Shown piece by piece: positions 52,549 through 63,315 of a stretch of DNA of 64,000 bases (position 1 is its first letter; each line of letters starts with the position of its first letter). The DNA comes from Candidatus Bathyarchaeota archaeon (lineage in GTDB: Archaea > Thermoproteota > Bathyarchaeia > Bathyarchaeales > Bathycorpusculaceae): the NCBI GenBank assembly GCA_963717465.1, contig OY970340.1, forward strand, positions 296,366 to 360,365, read 5' to 3'. The position numbers were made by a program, and so were the translations under genes. A model generated the notes under the pieces. The model was not told where the DNA came from. It made no database searches and saw only the letters and a program-made list of their open reading frames with translations.

Positions 52549-53163
52549 TTATAACGTGCTAACTGAATGTAGAAGTGAAGACTGACTAATGTTTTTTCCT
52601 TGTCTAGGCGAGAACGACCGAGTCTCAGGCGGTAGAATCAGCGATTCTATTCTTTTAAACGAGAACGGTTTGAGAACGAATCCTGTCTTACCTAAGACGG
52701 CAATGAAATTCTGAAAACGCAGAGGAGCATGATATCGTATTCGTTCTTCTGTCACCTTTTTGAAGAATGCTATGTAGTCTTCATAACTTTTGTGAACAGA
52801 GATCATGATGAAGTCTGAATCTAAACCTTGTCCTTCCAACTCGCAAAGTACTTCGGGTTGTTCATTTAGCCATTTCCGAATATTTGATAATTCTTCTGAT
52901 GACAGCAAGTAATTAGCTATTGAGCTAAAAGAGAATGCGATAATTTGGATTCCAATTTTAGCTAAGTTAGGAATCGCTGTGTATTCGCTTATGTAACCTT
53001 CCTTTTCCAACTCTTGCCTTCTCCGAGTTGTTGTTGTTTGAGACATACCCAAAATCTTGGATAGTTCCTTGTCGCTTGTTCTTGACTCATTAATCAAAGC
53101 GAACAAAAGCTTTATTTTTTCTTTATTTTTCCTTACCTCGTACTTGGCGCGTGTTTCTTGCAT
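52549..53163 (-). CDS. Lrp/AsnC-family transcriptional regulator
   Basis: SRTSDKELSKILGMSQTTTTRRRQELEKEGYI HTH plus ligand domain. Confidence 0.85.
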   Translation of the reverse strand: MQETRAKYEVRKNKEKIKLLFALINESRTSDKELSKILGMSQTTTTRRRQELEKEGYISEYTAIPNLAKIGIQIIAFSFSSIANYLLSSEELSNIRKWLNEQPEVLCELEGQGLDSDFIMISVHKSYEDYIAFFKKVTEERIRYHAPLRFQNFIAVLGKTGFVLKPFSFKRIESLILPPETRSFSPRQGKNISQSSLLHSVSTL

Positions 53164-53429
53164 TTAGAATACCCCAGTTTAGGGTTATTTCTTCTTAGTT
53201 TTAAGTTTTGCTTGAAGACACCAAGAACAGCATTGCGTCTGGCGTCTTCTATTCCAGCAATAAAGGGTATGCGACTTATTCATTTCACAAAGCGCTGTTC
53301 ATCTGGTGACAAGAGTAATATGTAATTACCCCAGAGTAAGAAACAGCGCTTAAAATAGCGCGTCCTATAAGGGTAGCGTGCTCTCTTTGACTACCCGACA
53401 TGGGATTTAAAATGGAGGTACTATAGAAG

Positions 53430-54206
53430 ATGGGAACATTAGATAACAAGGTTGCTCTAATCACCGGAGCAGCCAGAGGGCTCGGGCGAGCAATGGCCCA
53501 GAAATTCGCCAAGGAAGGAGCCCGAGTCGTTGTCGTCGATATTAGCCGAGATGGCGGTGAGGAAACCGTCAAGCTTATCAAAGATGCTGGAGGCGACGCA
53601 ATATTTGCGACAGCCGACGTATCGAATATGTCAGAGGTACAAGCCATGGTGCGCACAGCAGTTGACACATTCGGTGGTCTTGATTGTGCTGTAAACAATG
53701 CAGTAATTGACGTAGGTCCGCATCCCGTCGCGGAGATACCTGAAGAGGACTGGAACAGATCTATGGCGGTAAATCTTACTGGCGTGTTCCTTTGCATGAA
53801 ATACGAGATATCTGCGATGCTCAAGCGGGGAGGTGGGTCGATCGTTAATGTGGGTTCCGGCCCAGGTAACCTCGGTGCTCCTGGGGTAGGCTGGTACCTC
53901 GCTGCTAAAAACGGCGTAATTGGACTCACAAAGACCGCCGCCCTCGAATATGGTCCGCGTGGGATCAGAATAAACATGCTAGGTCCAGGGACAATGTGGA
54001 CTCCAGCGCTACGGGAAGTGGCAAAAAAGAGCCCGCAACACTTCGAGGTCATGAAGAATATGGTCCCTGTCGGGCGCCTTGCGGAACCCGAGGAAGTGGC
54101 TGAAGCGGCTGTGTGGTTATGTACACCCGCAGCATCATATGTTATCGGACACACGCTCGTCGTTGATGGGGGAGCAACTGCTGGAATAATGGGGTATAAG
54201 CATTGA
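53430..54206 (+). CDS. short-chain dehydrogenase/reductase
   Basis: TGAARGLG, NNA, YLAAK (YxxxK), VDGG. Confidence 0.93.
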   Translation: MGTLDNKVALITGAARGLGRAMAQKFAKEGARVVVVDISRDGGEETVKLIKDAGGDAIFATADVSNMSEVQAMVRTAVDTFGGLDCAVNNAVIDVGPHPVAEIPEEDWNRSMAVNLTGVFLCMKYEISAMLKRGGGSIVNVGSGPGNLGAPGVGWYLAAKNGVIGLTKTAALEYGPRGIRINMLGPGTMWTPALREVAKKSPQHFEVMKNMVPVGRLAEPEEVAEAAVWLCTPAASYVIGHTLVVDGGATAGIMGYKH

Positions 54207-54266
54207 CAGTTGTCTTTTTTCTGTTATATCTAAACGGCTTAGCACTGTGCTAACTGGTGATTCGTA

Positions 54267-54689
54267 ATGTCAGAATTCAAAAAAATGAAGGCGAGTGCGC
54301 TTCGCGGCGTTGAGGCGTTCAACAATGGATATGATGCTTGGTCTGCCAACGCTGACAAATCGTACGATCCTGACTGCGTTTATCACTCAGGTCTATTTGA
54401 AGCACATGGTATGGAGGATATCAAACAAATGACTGCTGCATACATGAAGGCGTTTCCAGACATTCATCTCAAAGTGGAGGAGTGTGTCGCTGAAGGAAAC
54501 GCGGTAGTGCTACGTTACACGGTTACCGGCACTTTCAAAGGTGAATTTATGGGTATGCCACCTACCAATGAGAAGATAACATATCCGATGATGGAGGTCG
54601 GCCACTATGTTAAAGGCAAGGTCATAGAAGGTTGGGGAGTGGTCGACATGACCTTATTGTTGCAGATTGGCGCGAAGTTGGAAAAATGA
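54267..54689 (+). CDS. SnoaL-like ester cyclase family protein
   Basis: AFPD, GTFKGEFMGMPPT, GKVIEGW. Confidence 0.88.
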   Translation: MSEFKKMKASALRGVEAFNNGYDAWSANADKSYDPDCVYHSGLFEAHGMEDIKQMTAAYMKAFPDIHLKVEECVAEGNAVVLRYTVTGTFKGEFMGMPPTNEKITYPMMEVGHYVKGKVIEGWGVVDMTLLLQIGAKLEK

Positions 54690-54730
54690 TAATTTCGATT
54701 AGTTCATTCTTGCCCTATTTTTTTTAGTGA

Positions 54731-54808
54731 CTTTCGATGTTCCCTTTGCTGGATTAAAGTGATTGCGCCTGATGCCCTTGCTAAATCTCGGTAGCTATGC
54801 TTGTAAAA
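54731..54808 (-). mobile_element. 78-bp remnant of a related integrase gene
   Basis: 72/78 identical by manual count to 42343-42420 inside the decayed integrase. Confidence 0.8.
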
Positions 54809-55174
54809 AACTTTTGATCCGAAAACCCTAACATTTTTAGGTGAATCCTAGCATGAGCTATTCAAAGTCCATCATAAAAGTTCGAATTTTTGGTAAATTT
54901 AGATAAAAATGTTCGTTTACTCTTGGTTCTCAAGAGCTTTGTTGAATTGTTTTATCTGTATATTATTTGCTAGGCAAATAAGGTTAATTCCAGCTGGTTC
55001 GTGTGATAAACATTCAAATTAAAAGAGAAACAAAGCAAGTTTCCCATCAGTTAGTATCAAGGAATTCTGTGTTATTTAGAGTCTGCACAAAATTTCTTAT
55101 ATCAATTCAAGACGTAATCAATTCATCGTGAATGCCAGGACTGGAATAGAGCTTAACCGTTCAAGGTATTCAAA

Positions 55175-55828
55175 ATGAGTGAAGAAGAATTAAATGCTCT
55201 AATTCAGGAAAAAGAAAAAGAACTGTTCTCTCTTATTTCACAAATGGAAATTCTCCGCCTTGAATTCGCTAACGAGACAACTGATTTTGCAACAGATTGG
55301 TATCAGAAAAATGTCAAGATTTACATTATGAAATTCTCTGAAATTACGTTAAAAATGAAAGAAGAAAAAATTCATGAAATGAAAACCAAAGTCAACGAAC
55401 TTGTAAGAGACGCTGATAAAATAGTGAGTGAAGAGCTTTCCAATCCTGAATTGTGGTGGCATCAAAGACCCAACTTGGAGGAATCAGCTTACTTGTACAC
55501 TCAGGTTTCTGATAAATACCCTGAAATTCTTGATCGGGCAGTTAGACATATTCTGGGTCGTTTAGGGGTTATTCTGGAAGAGTTCGGTTATAACGTAACA
55601 ACTCAAGCTAACTCCGGGGCGTATCCTGAATGCTGGTTTGATAAGCTACCAAATGGGCCTAAAGTACCGTACTTTCCGCATATGCTTACGTGGTCAAAAG
55701 ATATGCAGTACACGATTGTAAAATACAACACGCTATTCACAGCGGCACTCCAGCTTATGAAACAAACACAGGAACTAAGAGATCAAAAGAAAGAATTGCA
55801 GGCTAGCGCACGATGGGACACCATATAA
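55175..55828 (+). CDS. uncharacterised helical protein, paralog of 5757-6419
   Basis: Shared WWH and KYPEILDRAVRHILG blocks; shared upstream element at 55069-55100. Confidence 0.8.
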   Translation: MSEEELNALIQEKEKELFSLISQMEILRLEFANETTDFATDWYQKNVKIYIMKFSEITLKMKEEKIHEMKTKVNELVRDADKIVSEELSNPELWWHQRPNLEESAYLYTQVSDKYPEILDRAVRHILGRLGVILEEFGYNVTTQANSGAYPECWFDKLPNGPKVPYFPHMLTWSKDMQYTIVKYNTLFTAALQLMKQTQELRDQKKELQASARWDTI

Positions 55829-55907
55829 AGAAAATTCGTCAATCAGGTATTCGATAGCGAGTTTCAGCAGAAAATATTTTAGAATCACGTTTGATTTTAC
55901 ATAAGGT

Positions 55908-56180
55908 ATGCTGAATATTGTTAATTTCCTAATCGGATTCGTGGTTGTTCTTGGTTGTTTATTCCTAATTGGGATAACTCGTGGACGGAGGATTTCACAA
56001 AAAACATGGGTATTTCTCTGGACAATCGTTTCATTGTTGTTTGCCATTTTTCTAATCACATCTGCCATCATCGGCGATGAAACGTTGTTGAGCTACAGTT
56101 TAGGCGGTTCAATAGGATACGTGACTGCGGTTTCAATCCATACAATTGAACACGCGATAAAAGAAACTAAAAAAGGCTAA
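55908..56180 (+). CDS. small three-TM membrane protein
   Basis: Three hydrophobic segments. Confidence 0.6.
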   Translation: MLNIVNFLIGFVVVLGCLFLIGITRGRRISQKTWVFLWTIVSLLFAIFLITSAIIGDETLLSYSLGGSIGYVTAVSIHTIEHAIKETKKG

Positions 56181-56181
56181 C

Positions 56182-57237
56182 ATGATAAAAGTGTGCCAAA
56201 GCAGCAAAAACTTGGGAAATAACAAGACTAAACAAAACATAAAGAAAGATGTAGAAAAAGAAAAGACTTTTATCTGCCCCCTTTTGTACTCGATTGAGGG
56301 GTTCATCATTAGCGCGCAAGATGTTTTAGCGATTCAGCAGCAGTATAAAATAATAGGCAGATTTGATGAGCTTGAGGAAGCTCTTTTAGCGGTAAAAGCC
56401 AAAAAGCACATACTAATTGAGGGCCCTGTTGGTGTGGGAAAGACAGTTATCGCTATGGCGCTGGCTAACTATCTCAAAAGAAACATCTACCGCGTTGACG
56501 GTGACGAACGTTATACGGAACAGAAGATGGTAGGCTGGTTTGATCCTCCACAGGTTATGGCAAAGGGATATTGTCAAGAAGCTTTCATTGAAGGCCCACT
56601 CATGAAGTCCATGGATGAAGGCGCATTCCTCTTTATCAATGAACTTAACAGGATGCCTGAGGGCACTCAAAACGTTTTATTGCCAGCCATGGATGAGAGA
56701 AAAATTGTCGTTCCACGAATCGGCACCGTCACGGCAAAGGATGGCTTCCTTATAATTGCCACACAGAACCCTGAAGAATACATTGGTACTAGTCGACTAA
56801 GCGAAGCATTAAAGGACAGGTTTGTCTGGGTGAAACTGAACTATCAGCCTGAGCAGGAAGAGGAGGAAATCGTGAAAAAGGAAACCTGTTCTTCAGATCA
56901 AATTCTTATTAAACTTGCAGTGAAAATCGGGAGAAAAACAAGAGAAATTCCTGAAATAAGAAGGGGCGCATCAATCAGGGGAGCAATCGACATTGTCTCG
57001 ATAATGCAGCAAGCCACTTCACGAAACATTGCAGATTTAACAACTCCTGAAATAAAAAAGATCCTTGAAAAAGCAGCAGTGCTTTCTCTGACCTCTAAAG
57101 TGGAGCTAAGAGAAGGTTCCCACGAGAAACTCATCGAAATCATTAAAAAAACGGTTGGCAAAGTCTTAGAGGAAATTATTCTTCAGAAAAAACCTGAATT
57201 GAAAGAGCCTACAAAGGAGCATTCGGAAAATTTTTGA
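56182..57237 (+). CDS. MoxR-family AAA+ ATPase
   Basis: GPVGVGKT Walker A, FINELNR, ATQNP, ALKDRF, ASIRG; true start probably about 40 codons downstream. Confidence 0.88.
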   Translation: MIKVCQSSKNLGNNKTKQNIKKDVEKEKTFICPLLYSIEGFIISAQDVLAIQQQYKIIGRFDELEEALLAVKAKKHILIEGPVGVGKTVIAMALANYLKRNIYRVDGDERYTEQKMVGWFDPPQVMAKGYCQEAFIEGPLMKSMDEGAFLFINELNRMPEGTQNVLLPAMDERKIVVPRIGTVTAKDGFLIIATQNPEEYIGTSRLSEALKDRFVWVKLNYQPEQEEEEIVKKETCSSDQILIKLAVKIGRKTREIPEIRRGASIRGAIDIVSIMQQATSRNIADLTTPEIKKILEKAAVLSLTSKVELREGSHEKLIEIIKKTVGKVLEEIILQKKPELKEPTKEHSENF

Positions 57238-58169
57238 CAACCCTCCCTCTGGTGAGGGAGGATCTGAAACAGGGTGATTTTTTAAAAATTCGGCTTCTTA
57301 TGGATAAGAGTCCCCAGACTTTAGCTGAGATTCTTCAAGACCCTGAAACCTTTAAGGAAATGCTGAAAGCTATTGAAAACGCTAACATGAAGCTTTCAGC
57401 TGCACTCTTTCTTTTTGAATTTCAATATCAAGACGCGCTCTTGACTTTGGAGCAGAAGCAGCTTGCAAAAGTTACGCTTATTCGAATCCTTATGCAGCTA
57501 GCTTCCAAGTTGTCTGCAAGGGGGATAAGGTCGACACAGCGAGTCCTCACCCCATTCAGGCCAGGACTAGACGAGATAGAGACCGAATGCACCATGGAGA
57601 ACCTGCTGGGGAAGAAAATTGCCGAATACGAAGACATCATTATGGTGGATAAGCAGCCTAAGCAACGCGGAACCGTTCTGATGCTGGACATTAGCAATTC
57701 AATGCAGCGTGAAAAGATACTATTGGCAAGTTTAGCAATAGGTGTATTAGCTTACCGGTTAAAAGGAGAATACTACTCGATACTAACGTTTGCTGATAAA
57801 GTGGAAGTTATCAAGCAAATGGAAAAAACAATGACCATCGAGGAATTGCTGGATAAGATGCTGGAAATTATGCCCAAAGGCGCAACGGACATAGGCAAAG
57901 CGTTAGATGAAGGACTTGAACAGCTTTCAAAGAAAGTTACCCATGAAAAAATTGGGATACTGATCACAGACGGCTGGGTAACAGCTGGCGACAACCCTGT
58001 GGACATTGCAAAAAACTACCCCAAACTGCACGTTCTGCAAGTACCAATCGGAGTAGGCGGCGGAGACGACCAAATGTGCATAGACATGGCTCAAGAAGGC
58101 AGAGGCATGAGACTTAAAATTAAGGATTTTGAAGAGATACCGCGCGCAATTCTTGAGGTTCTGAAATGA
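57234..58169 (+). CDS. von Willebrand factor A domain protein
   Basis: DISNSM MIDAS motif, GATDIG, LITDG. Confidence 0.88.
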   Translation: MTTLPLVREDLKQGDFLKIRLLMDKSPQTLAEILQDPETFKEMLKAIENANMKLSAALFLFEFQYQDALLTLEQKQLAKVTLIRILMQLASKLSARGIRSTQRVLTPFRPGLDEIETECTMENLLGKKIAEYEDIIMVDKQPKQRGTVLMLDISNSMQREKILLASLAIGVLAYRLKGEYYSILTFADKVEVIKQMEKTMTIEELLDKMLEIMPKGATDIGKALDEGLEQLSKKVTHEKIGILITDGWVTAGDNPVDIAKNYPKLHVLQVPIGVGGGDDQMCIDMAQEGRGMRLKIKDFEEIPRAILEVLK

Positions 58170-58411
58170 GATGAGGCGGAAGCGCATTTAAAATTAAACC
58201 CAAATCCAAACTTCCTAACTATCCTTAATTCTCGTTTTCCTAGGTTCATATTCCCTTATTCTTAATCTCTTTGTATTACATTAGCGTATCAAATATCACA
58301 TAAACAAAACATGTTTCTATTAATCATATATAATGGTTTTGTGTGAGTTTCAATTAGAAAAGTTTTTATGAGTGAAAAATTAAGTTTTTTAGCCAGAAGG
58401 GAAGAGAATTC

Positions 58412-58894
58412 TTGTTCCAAAGAGCCGTTCACGACGATATTGCAATTTTTGTTCTTTGGATCATGGTGGCTTTTGTTTGGCTCCCAATAAGATATTTTAA
58501 TCAATTTTTAAACTGTGGAACTCCACAGTCGTATTTGTTGTTAGCTATTATTCTTGGCGTCTTTTTTGGTGCATTTTGCAAAGCCCCACTGTCATTGAGA
58601 GAATTGAGAATTATTGAAAAAAAAGGTGAGTACAGGCTTTCTGGGGAAACTTATTCGGTGATGGTTCTAATTGTTTTAGTTTTAAGCATTTTAGTGCTTG
58701 AGCTAAAGGTTGTTTCCCTTCAAGGGTTAACTATTGCATTATTCTTTTATTATCCCTCTATTCCTGCAGTCTTTTTAACGGAGGCTATTTTTTATTACAG
58801 ATGGGAAAGAAAGAACCAGAGAAATCTTTACACTAAAGGAAATTTTTTCAGAACTATAACTCAGAACCAGAAAATTGAAAATTCAACTCATTAA
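58412..58894 (+). CDS. membrane protein, hypothetical
   Basis: Four hydrophobic segments. Confidence 0.55.
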   Translation: MFQRAVHDDIAIFVLWIMVAFVWLPIRYFNQFLNCGTPQSYLLLAIILGVFFGAFCKAPLSLRELRIIEKKGEYRLSGETYSVMVLIVLVLSILVLELKVVSLQGLTIALFFYYPSIPAVFLTEAIFYYRWERKNQRNLYTKGNFFRTITQNQKIENSTH

Positions 58895-59066
58895 AATTTC
58901 CACTACTCGATTCTAAATCGTATCCCAAAAAAATTAATTATGATTTACCCCAAAAAGTCATTTCGTTACATAACCGAATTTCCAATGGTTAAAATAAGTC
59001 ATATTTTCAACAAAAGCTAAAGGCAAACCATAAACCAAAAATGCTTAAGCCCTAAGTTCATAATGA

Positions 59067-59912
59067 ATGACTAAGTATAACGTGTTGGCGCTTAGCACTG
59101 AATATTGGAAACCGAAACAGGATTACTTAGATGACATAATTGATGCAGTTGAAGGCAGAATAGAAGATAACGATTTTGCAGTTGTGTCTGAAAAGGCTAT
59201 TTCAACGGCAACAGGCAACATCATAGACGAAGACAAAATCAGCCCAACATTAACTTCAAAAGTGTTATCGCGTTTTTGGATGAGAATTATCTGGGGATAT
59301 TTTCTTGGACCTCTTTGCGGTTTTGGTCCAAGGCTTCTAAATCGCCTAAGAAATTACCCTTTGGAAAGTGGAAGCCGCCACAAACAAGCAGCCTTGCAAT
59401 ACGCTGGATTTACGCAAGCACTAATGTTTGGCTCAGAAGGTGGAATCGACGGCTCAAACCTACCATATTCATACGTAAGCCTGCCCCTAAAGAACCCTGA
59501 TGAAGAGGCAGAGAAAATTCGCAAACACATCAAAACTTGCCTCAAAAAAACCGTCAATGTAATAATCGTTGACACCGACAAAACTTACCAATTCAAAAAT
59601 TTCTGCTTCACGCCTCGGCCCCACCCGATAAAGGGCATTCACTCCGTAGGAGGAATAAGCTTGTACCTCACTGGAAGGATGCTGAAGCTTAAAAAAAGCT
59701 CTACACCAATCGGAATTACAGGCTTCAAAATAAGCGCAGTAAGCGCTCTACAAATTGCAAACATTGCTGATAGAGCAAGGGGACCGGGTTCTGGCGCAAC
59801 AGTTTGGGATATGGCAGCACGTTTCCATGTTCAGGTGAACGGAGTTAGCTGGGAAATGCTAACTAAAATGAAACATAAACCCTTGGTGCTAGTTAGAATT
59901 TCAAGTGAATAA
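59067..59912 (+). CDS. coenzyme F420:L-glutamate ligase (CofE)-like protein
   Basis: VVSEKAIS, GGIDGSNLP, IVDTDKT. Confidence 0.75.
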   Translation: MTKYNVLALSTEYWKPKQDYLDDIIDAVEGRIEDNDFAVVSEKAISTATGNIIDEDKISPTLTSKVLSRFWMRIIWGYFLGPLCGFGPRLLNRLRNYPLESGSRHKQAALQYAGFTQALMFGSEGGIDGSNLPYSYVSLPLKNPDEEAEKIRKHIKTCLKKTVNVIIVDTDKTYQFKNFCFTPRPHPIKGIHSVGGISLYLTGRMLKLKKSSTPIGITGFKISAVSALQIANIADRARGPGSGATVWDMAARFHVQVNGVSWEMLTKMKHKPLVLVRISSE

Positions 59913-59941
59913 AAGTATTTAACATGCTCTCCAACTACTAA

Positions 59942-61507
59942 TTGTTAGCGAACCTTCTTGTAATCAAACTAATCAACAGAATCACTAAGGGTATAGGAAT
60001 GGAAGAAGACATACATAAGTTAGATTCATTTTTTAACCCAAAATCGGTTGCAATAATCGGGGCTACTAAAAAAGTAGATAAAGCAGGATACGTGATCTTC
60101 AAAAACATCGCCAACAACAAGCAACATGGAATTTTCAAGGGAGAACTCTACCCCGTGAACCCCAATGACGACTCAATTTTAGGCTTCAAATGTTACCCTT
60201 CAATCACAAAGATACCAAACGAAATCGAGTTAATCGTCGTCATAATTCCAGCGAACCTTGTTTTGGGCATTTTGGAAGAAGCCGCCACGAAAAAAGTTAA
60301 GACGGCAATTATAATAAGTTCAGGATTCAGAGAAATCGGCAACGTTCAACTTGAAGAACAATTAGTTGACGTAGCCAAGAAAAATGGCATAAGAATTCTG
60401 GGACCCAACTGTTTAGGAGTTTATTATTCGAAAACTGGTATTGACACGCTTTTTCTCCCAGAAACCAAAGTTCTAACAACCGGGGATGACGTGGTTGCAA
60501 CGCCAAGACCTATGCCTGGCAACATAGCCATGGTCACTCAAAGCGGAGCATTCGGCGTTGCCGCTATGGACTACTTAACTGGCAGGCAGATGGGCATTAG
60601 CAAATTTGTAAGTTTCGGCAACAAGTGCGATGTAACAGAAACAGACATTCTCCATTACCTTCTGCATGACAAGGAAACGCAGGTCATACTTGTTTACTTG
60701 GAAGACATAAAATCAGGCAAAGAATTCCTGAAAACTTCCAAGAAAGTAACTGTTAAAAAACCGGTTGTCGTCATCAAATCGGGAAAGAGTGAAGCGGGTG
60801 CACGAGCTGCAGCCTCGCATACTGGCGCGATTGCTGGGTCAGACAAGATATATGATGCTGCTTTTGAGCAGGGTGGAATTATAAGAGCAAGGGACATGGA
60901 GGAGTTCTTCGACGTTGGAAAAGCATTGGCGATGCAGCCGCCTGCTCAAGGCAAGAACGTCGGCATACTAACGGACGCTGGTGGACCAGGAGTTATGACG
61001 GTTGATGAATGTGAACTTTTAGGGCTCACTGTAGAGCATTTTTCGGACGAAACCAGTCAGAAATTCAAGGAACTTAAAGATGAAAACGTGATATTGCAGA
61101 TTGCGGCCACTTCGAATCCTGTTGACCTTACAGGTTCAGTTACTGATGACATGTTCAAAATCGCCTCAGACATCATGTTCCAAGACAAAGATATTTACGG
61201 CATAATTTTGCTGGGGCTTCACCACATGCCGGGCCTGAAAGAAAAATACATTGGTGACGTGGTAAAAGTTGCTTCAAACTACTGCAAACCCATAGTAATG
61301 TGCGACATCGGCGAAACAGAAATGGCCCTCTACACAAGATCCAGGTTTGATAAACTCGGCGTGCCCTCTTACTCCTCGCCTGAAGACGCCGCGAGAGCCA
61401 TGAAAGCATTGGTAACTTATGGTTCATACCTGCAAAAAAATAATTGCCTAGAAGAATACCTCGCAGAATTCCAGAAAAGAAAAAACAACACTAAAATACC
61501 GCAGTAA
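59942..61507 (+). CDS. acdA: ADP-forming acetyl-CoA synthetase alpha subunit
   Basis: FFNPKSVAIIGA, GPNCLG, QSGA, SFGN, AAASHTGAIAG, NPVDLTG; start probably about 59999. Confidence 0.9.
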   Translation: MLANLLVIKLINRITKGIGMEEDIHKLDSFFNPKSVAIIGATKKVDKAGYVIFKNIANNKQHGIFKGELYPVNPNDDSILGFKCYPSITKIPNEIELIVVIIPANLVLGILEEAATKKVKTAIIISSGFREIGNVQLEEQLVDVAKKNGIRILGPNCLGVYYSKTGIDTLFLPETKVLTTGDDVVATPRPMPGNIAMVTQSGAFGVAAMDYLTGRQMGISKFVSFGNKCDVTETDILHYLLHDKETQVILVYLEDIKSGKEFLKTSKKVTVKKPVVVIKSGKSEAGARAAASHTGAIAGSDKIYDAAFEQGGIIRARDMEEFFDVGKALAMQPPAQGKNVGILTDAGGPGVMTVDECELLGLTVEHFSDETSQKFKELKDENVILQIAATSNPVDLTGSVTDDMFKIASDIMFQDKDIYGIILLGLHHMPGLKEKYIGDVVKVASNYCKPIVMCDIGETEMALYTRSRFDKLGVPSYSSPEDAARAMKALVTYGSYLQKNNCLEEYLAEFQKRKNNTKIPQ

Positions 61508-61880
61508 CGACAACTCGACTCCCATCAATCAACTTCAACTTTTCACGCAGATAAACCGGAGCAATAACCTCCAAAACATCACTCGGATAATCAGGCATTA
61601 TAGGAATCACAATCCCACAGTCAAAACCATTAATTTGCGCTTTGAATAGTTTGCCAGGTAAGTAGCCTTTCTCAGGCAAAATATCCATTGCCCCCGAAGT
61701 CTTAAGCAAATTCGTGTTTTTATTTTCTTTTTCTAAACGTATGTTTAATGTTCCAGGAAAAGGAATAAAATTCAATTTTTCATTTATCTGCCGCTCGACC
61801 CATGGTAAATTGGTGAATTTTTTGCCGTTGCCCTTGCCTGAAAAAACGGTGCCTGCTAACTCCATTTTTTGCAAAAGCAA
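61491..61880 (-). CDS. ribK: CTP-dependent riboflavin kinase
   Basis: GTVFSGKG, PFPGTLN, LEVIAPVYLR. Confidence 0.9.
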   Translation of the reverse strand: MLLQKMELAGTVFSGKGNGKKFTNLPWVERQINEKLNFIPFPGTLNIRLEKENKNTNLLKTSGAMDILPEKGYLPGKLFKAQINGFDCGIVIPIMPDYPSDVLEVIAPVYLREKLKLIDGSRVVVTAVF

Positions 61881-61902
61881 GCCTTCGAAGGTTGCTTAGA
61901 GC

Positions 61903-62271
61903 TTATTTTTGTTCTTTTAGCCATTGGGCGACCTTTTTCAGGGTTGCATCTGATGAAATGTCAACGACTGGAATGATCATTTTTTCTTTTGTCTCGATCG
62001 TCGGGGAGTATTTGGGCATCAGCGCGTATCCGACAAAAGTCCAATAAACCTTGCCTGCTTCTAAAAGCTCCTTAGCAACCGCGGCTGTTGAAGCAGTCAG
62101 GGGGAAATATAGGAAAACTACTCCATCAACCCAATATAAACCTGCAAGTTTGCCTCCGGCAATTACTGATGTAAAACGTGCTATTTCGTCAGGCGATTCG
62201 AACCGTGTCTTCTCCATAATAACTATTTCCTTAAATGGTTCATAACTAATCTTGACATCGTTCTTGCTCAT
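61903..62271 (-). CDS. conserved hypothetical protein
   Basis: GGTGA RBS; LYWVDGVVF, IPVVDIS; co-oriented with ribK. Confidence 0.7.
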   Translation of the reverse strand: MSKNDVKISYEPFKEIVIMEKTRFESPDEIARFTSVIAGGKLAGLYWVDGVVFLYFPLTASTAAVAKELLEAGKVYWTFVGYALMPKYSPTIETKEKMIIPVVDISSDATLKKVAQWLKEQK

Positions 62272-62461
62272 TCGTTTTCACCGATTGCTTACTTAATTTG
62301 TAAATGGCTCCCTTTTAATTTTACCTATAGCTTATCCTTCCAGAAAATAGGTTTGCTTAATATGTAATGTTAAGCTTACCATTTATTCAGATGCGGAAAT
62401 GGCGCTTGAATAATTCCTTGTTTGCGAATAATTATCTTCTTGTGGGAAATAATTTAAATCT

Positions 62462-62746
62462 GTGGGGAATATCTATTTTTGGTGGGAACAGATTATGGTT
62501 GAGACCACGACTAAACTGGATGAGAAAGGACGCGTTAGAATTCCCAAGCAAATCAGGGAAGCTGCTCAGCTTAAAGAGGGAAGCTGTGTCAACATCAAAG
62601 CAAAAGGTAAAACTATAATCATTGAACCTGCTGAGCCTGTAGCTGACAAATACTACGGAGCATTCAAAGTGGAAAAATGGCCTGAGGATATGGATGAATT
62701 CGTTGGAGAGGAAATGCAGAAACGCTGGAAACAACGAAGTACGTAG
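62462..62746 (+). CDS. vapB: AbrB/MazE-type antitoxin (VapB)
   Basis: LDEKGRVRIPKQIRE; start probably ATG 62495. Confidence 0.88.
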   Translation: MGNIYFWWEQIMVETTTKLDEKGRVRIPKQIREAAQLKEGSCVNIKAKGKTIIIEPAEPVADKYYGAFKVEKWPEDMDEFVGEEMQKRWKQRST

Positions 62747-63144
62747 ATGTCAACATATTTGTTTACTGGCTAGGTAAACATCCGAAATTCGGTGAAACAG
62801 CATACAAGTGGATCCAAAAAATCGAAAACTCTGCCAGCAAGGAATACGTTACTTCAAGCTTGACAGTCTACGAAACTCTTGTTATACTGGCCGGACTTTC
62901 CAAAAGAAACCTAAAAGATAACGAACTTGTGGAAGAGGTCACCAACGCCTTAACGAACATGAAAGGCTTAACAATTGAGCCCCTCAAACTCGAGGACCTC
63001 AAAGCTGCAACAGACCTGATGGGGAACCACAAAATCGATTATGAAGACGCATTACACTTGGCCGTTGCAATGAGAATTGGTGCCCAAGAAATAATATCAA
63101 ACGACAAACACTTTGCCACTACCAACATAAAAAGAATTATTTAA
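62725..63144 (+). CDS. vapC: PIN-domain toxin (VapC)
   Basis: In-frame upstream YVDVNIF, then E, DALHLA, SNDKHF; overlaps the antitoxin end; probable CTG start. Confidence 0.88.
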   Translation: METTKYVDVNIFVYWLGKHPKFGETAYKWIQKIENSASKEYVTSSLTVYETLVILAGLSKRNLKDNELVEEVTNALTNMKGLTIEPLKLEDLKAATDLMGNHKIDYEDALHLAVAMRIGAQEIISNDKHFATTNIKRII

Positions 63145-63315
63145 GGAATCGTGCATATTACCGAAATTCTTCAGCGTCTCTTTTCGCCGCTTTTTCTTTG
63201 AAACCTGGAAACTAAACACCGACCGAGACTGCAACTTGTCTTAATGTAAGGAAAAAAGTTATAGCGTAGGTGAGCGTTAAGCCTTCAACAACGATTCATG
63301 TTCGGATGGTTATTT

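Noticed and set aside
53285-54154. 289-aa minus-strand ORF
   Set aside because: It is the antisense shadow of the SDR gene, a common artefact for this family.
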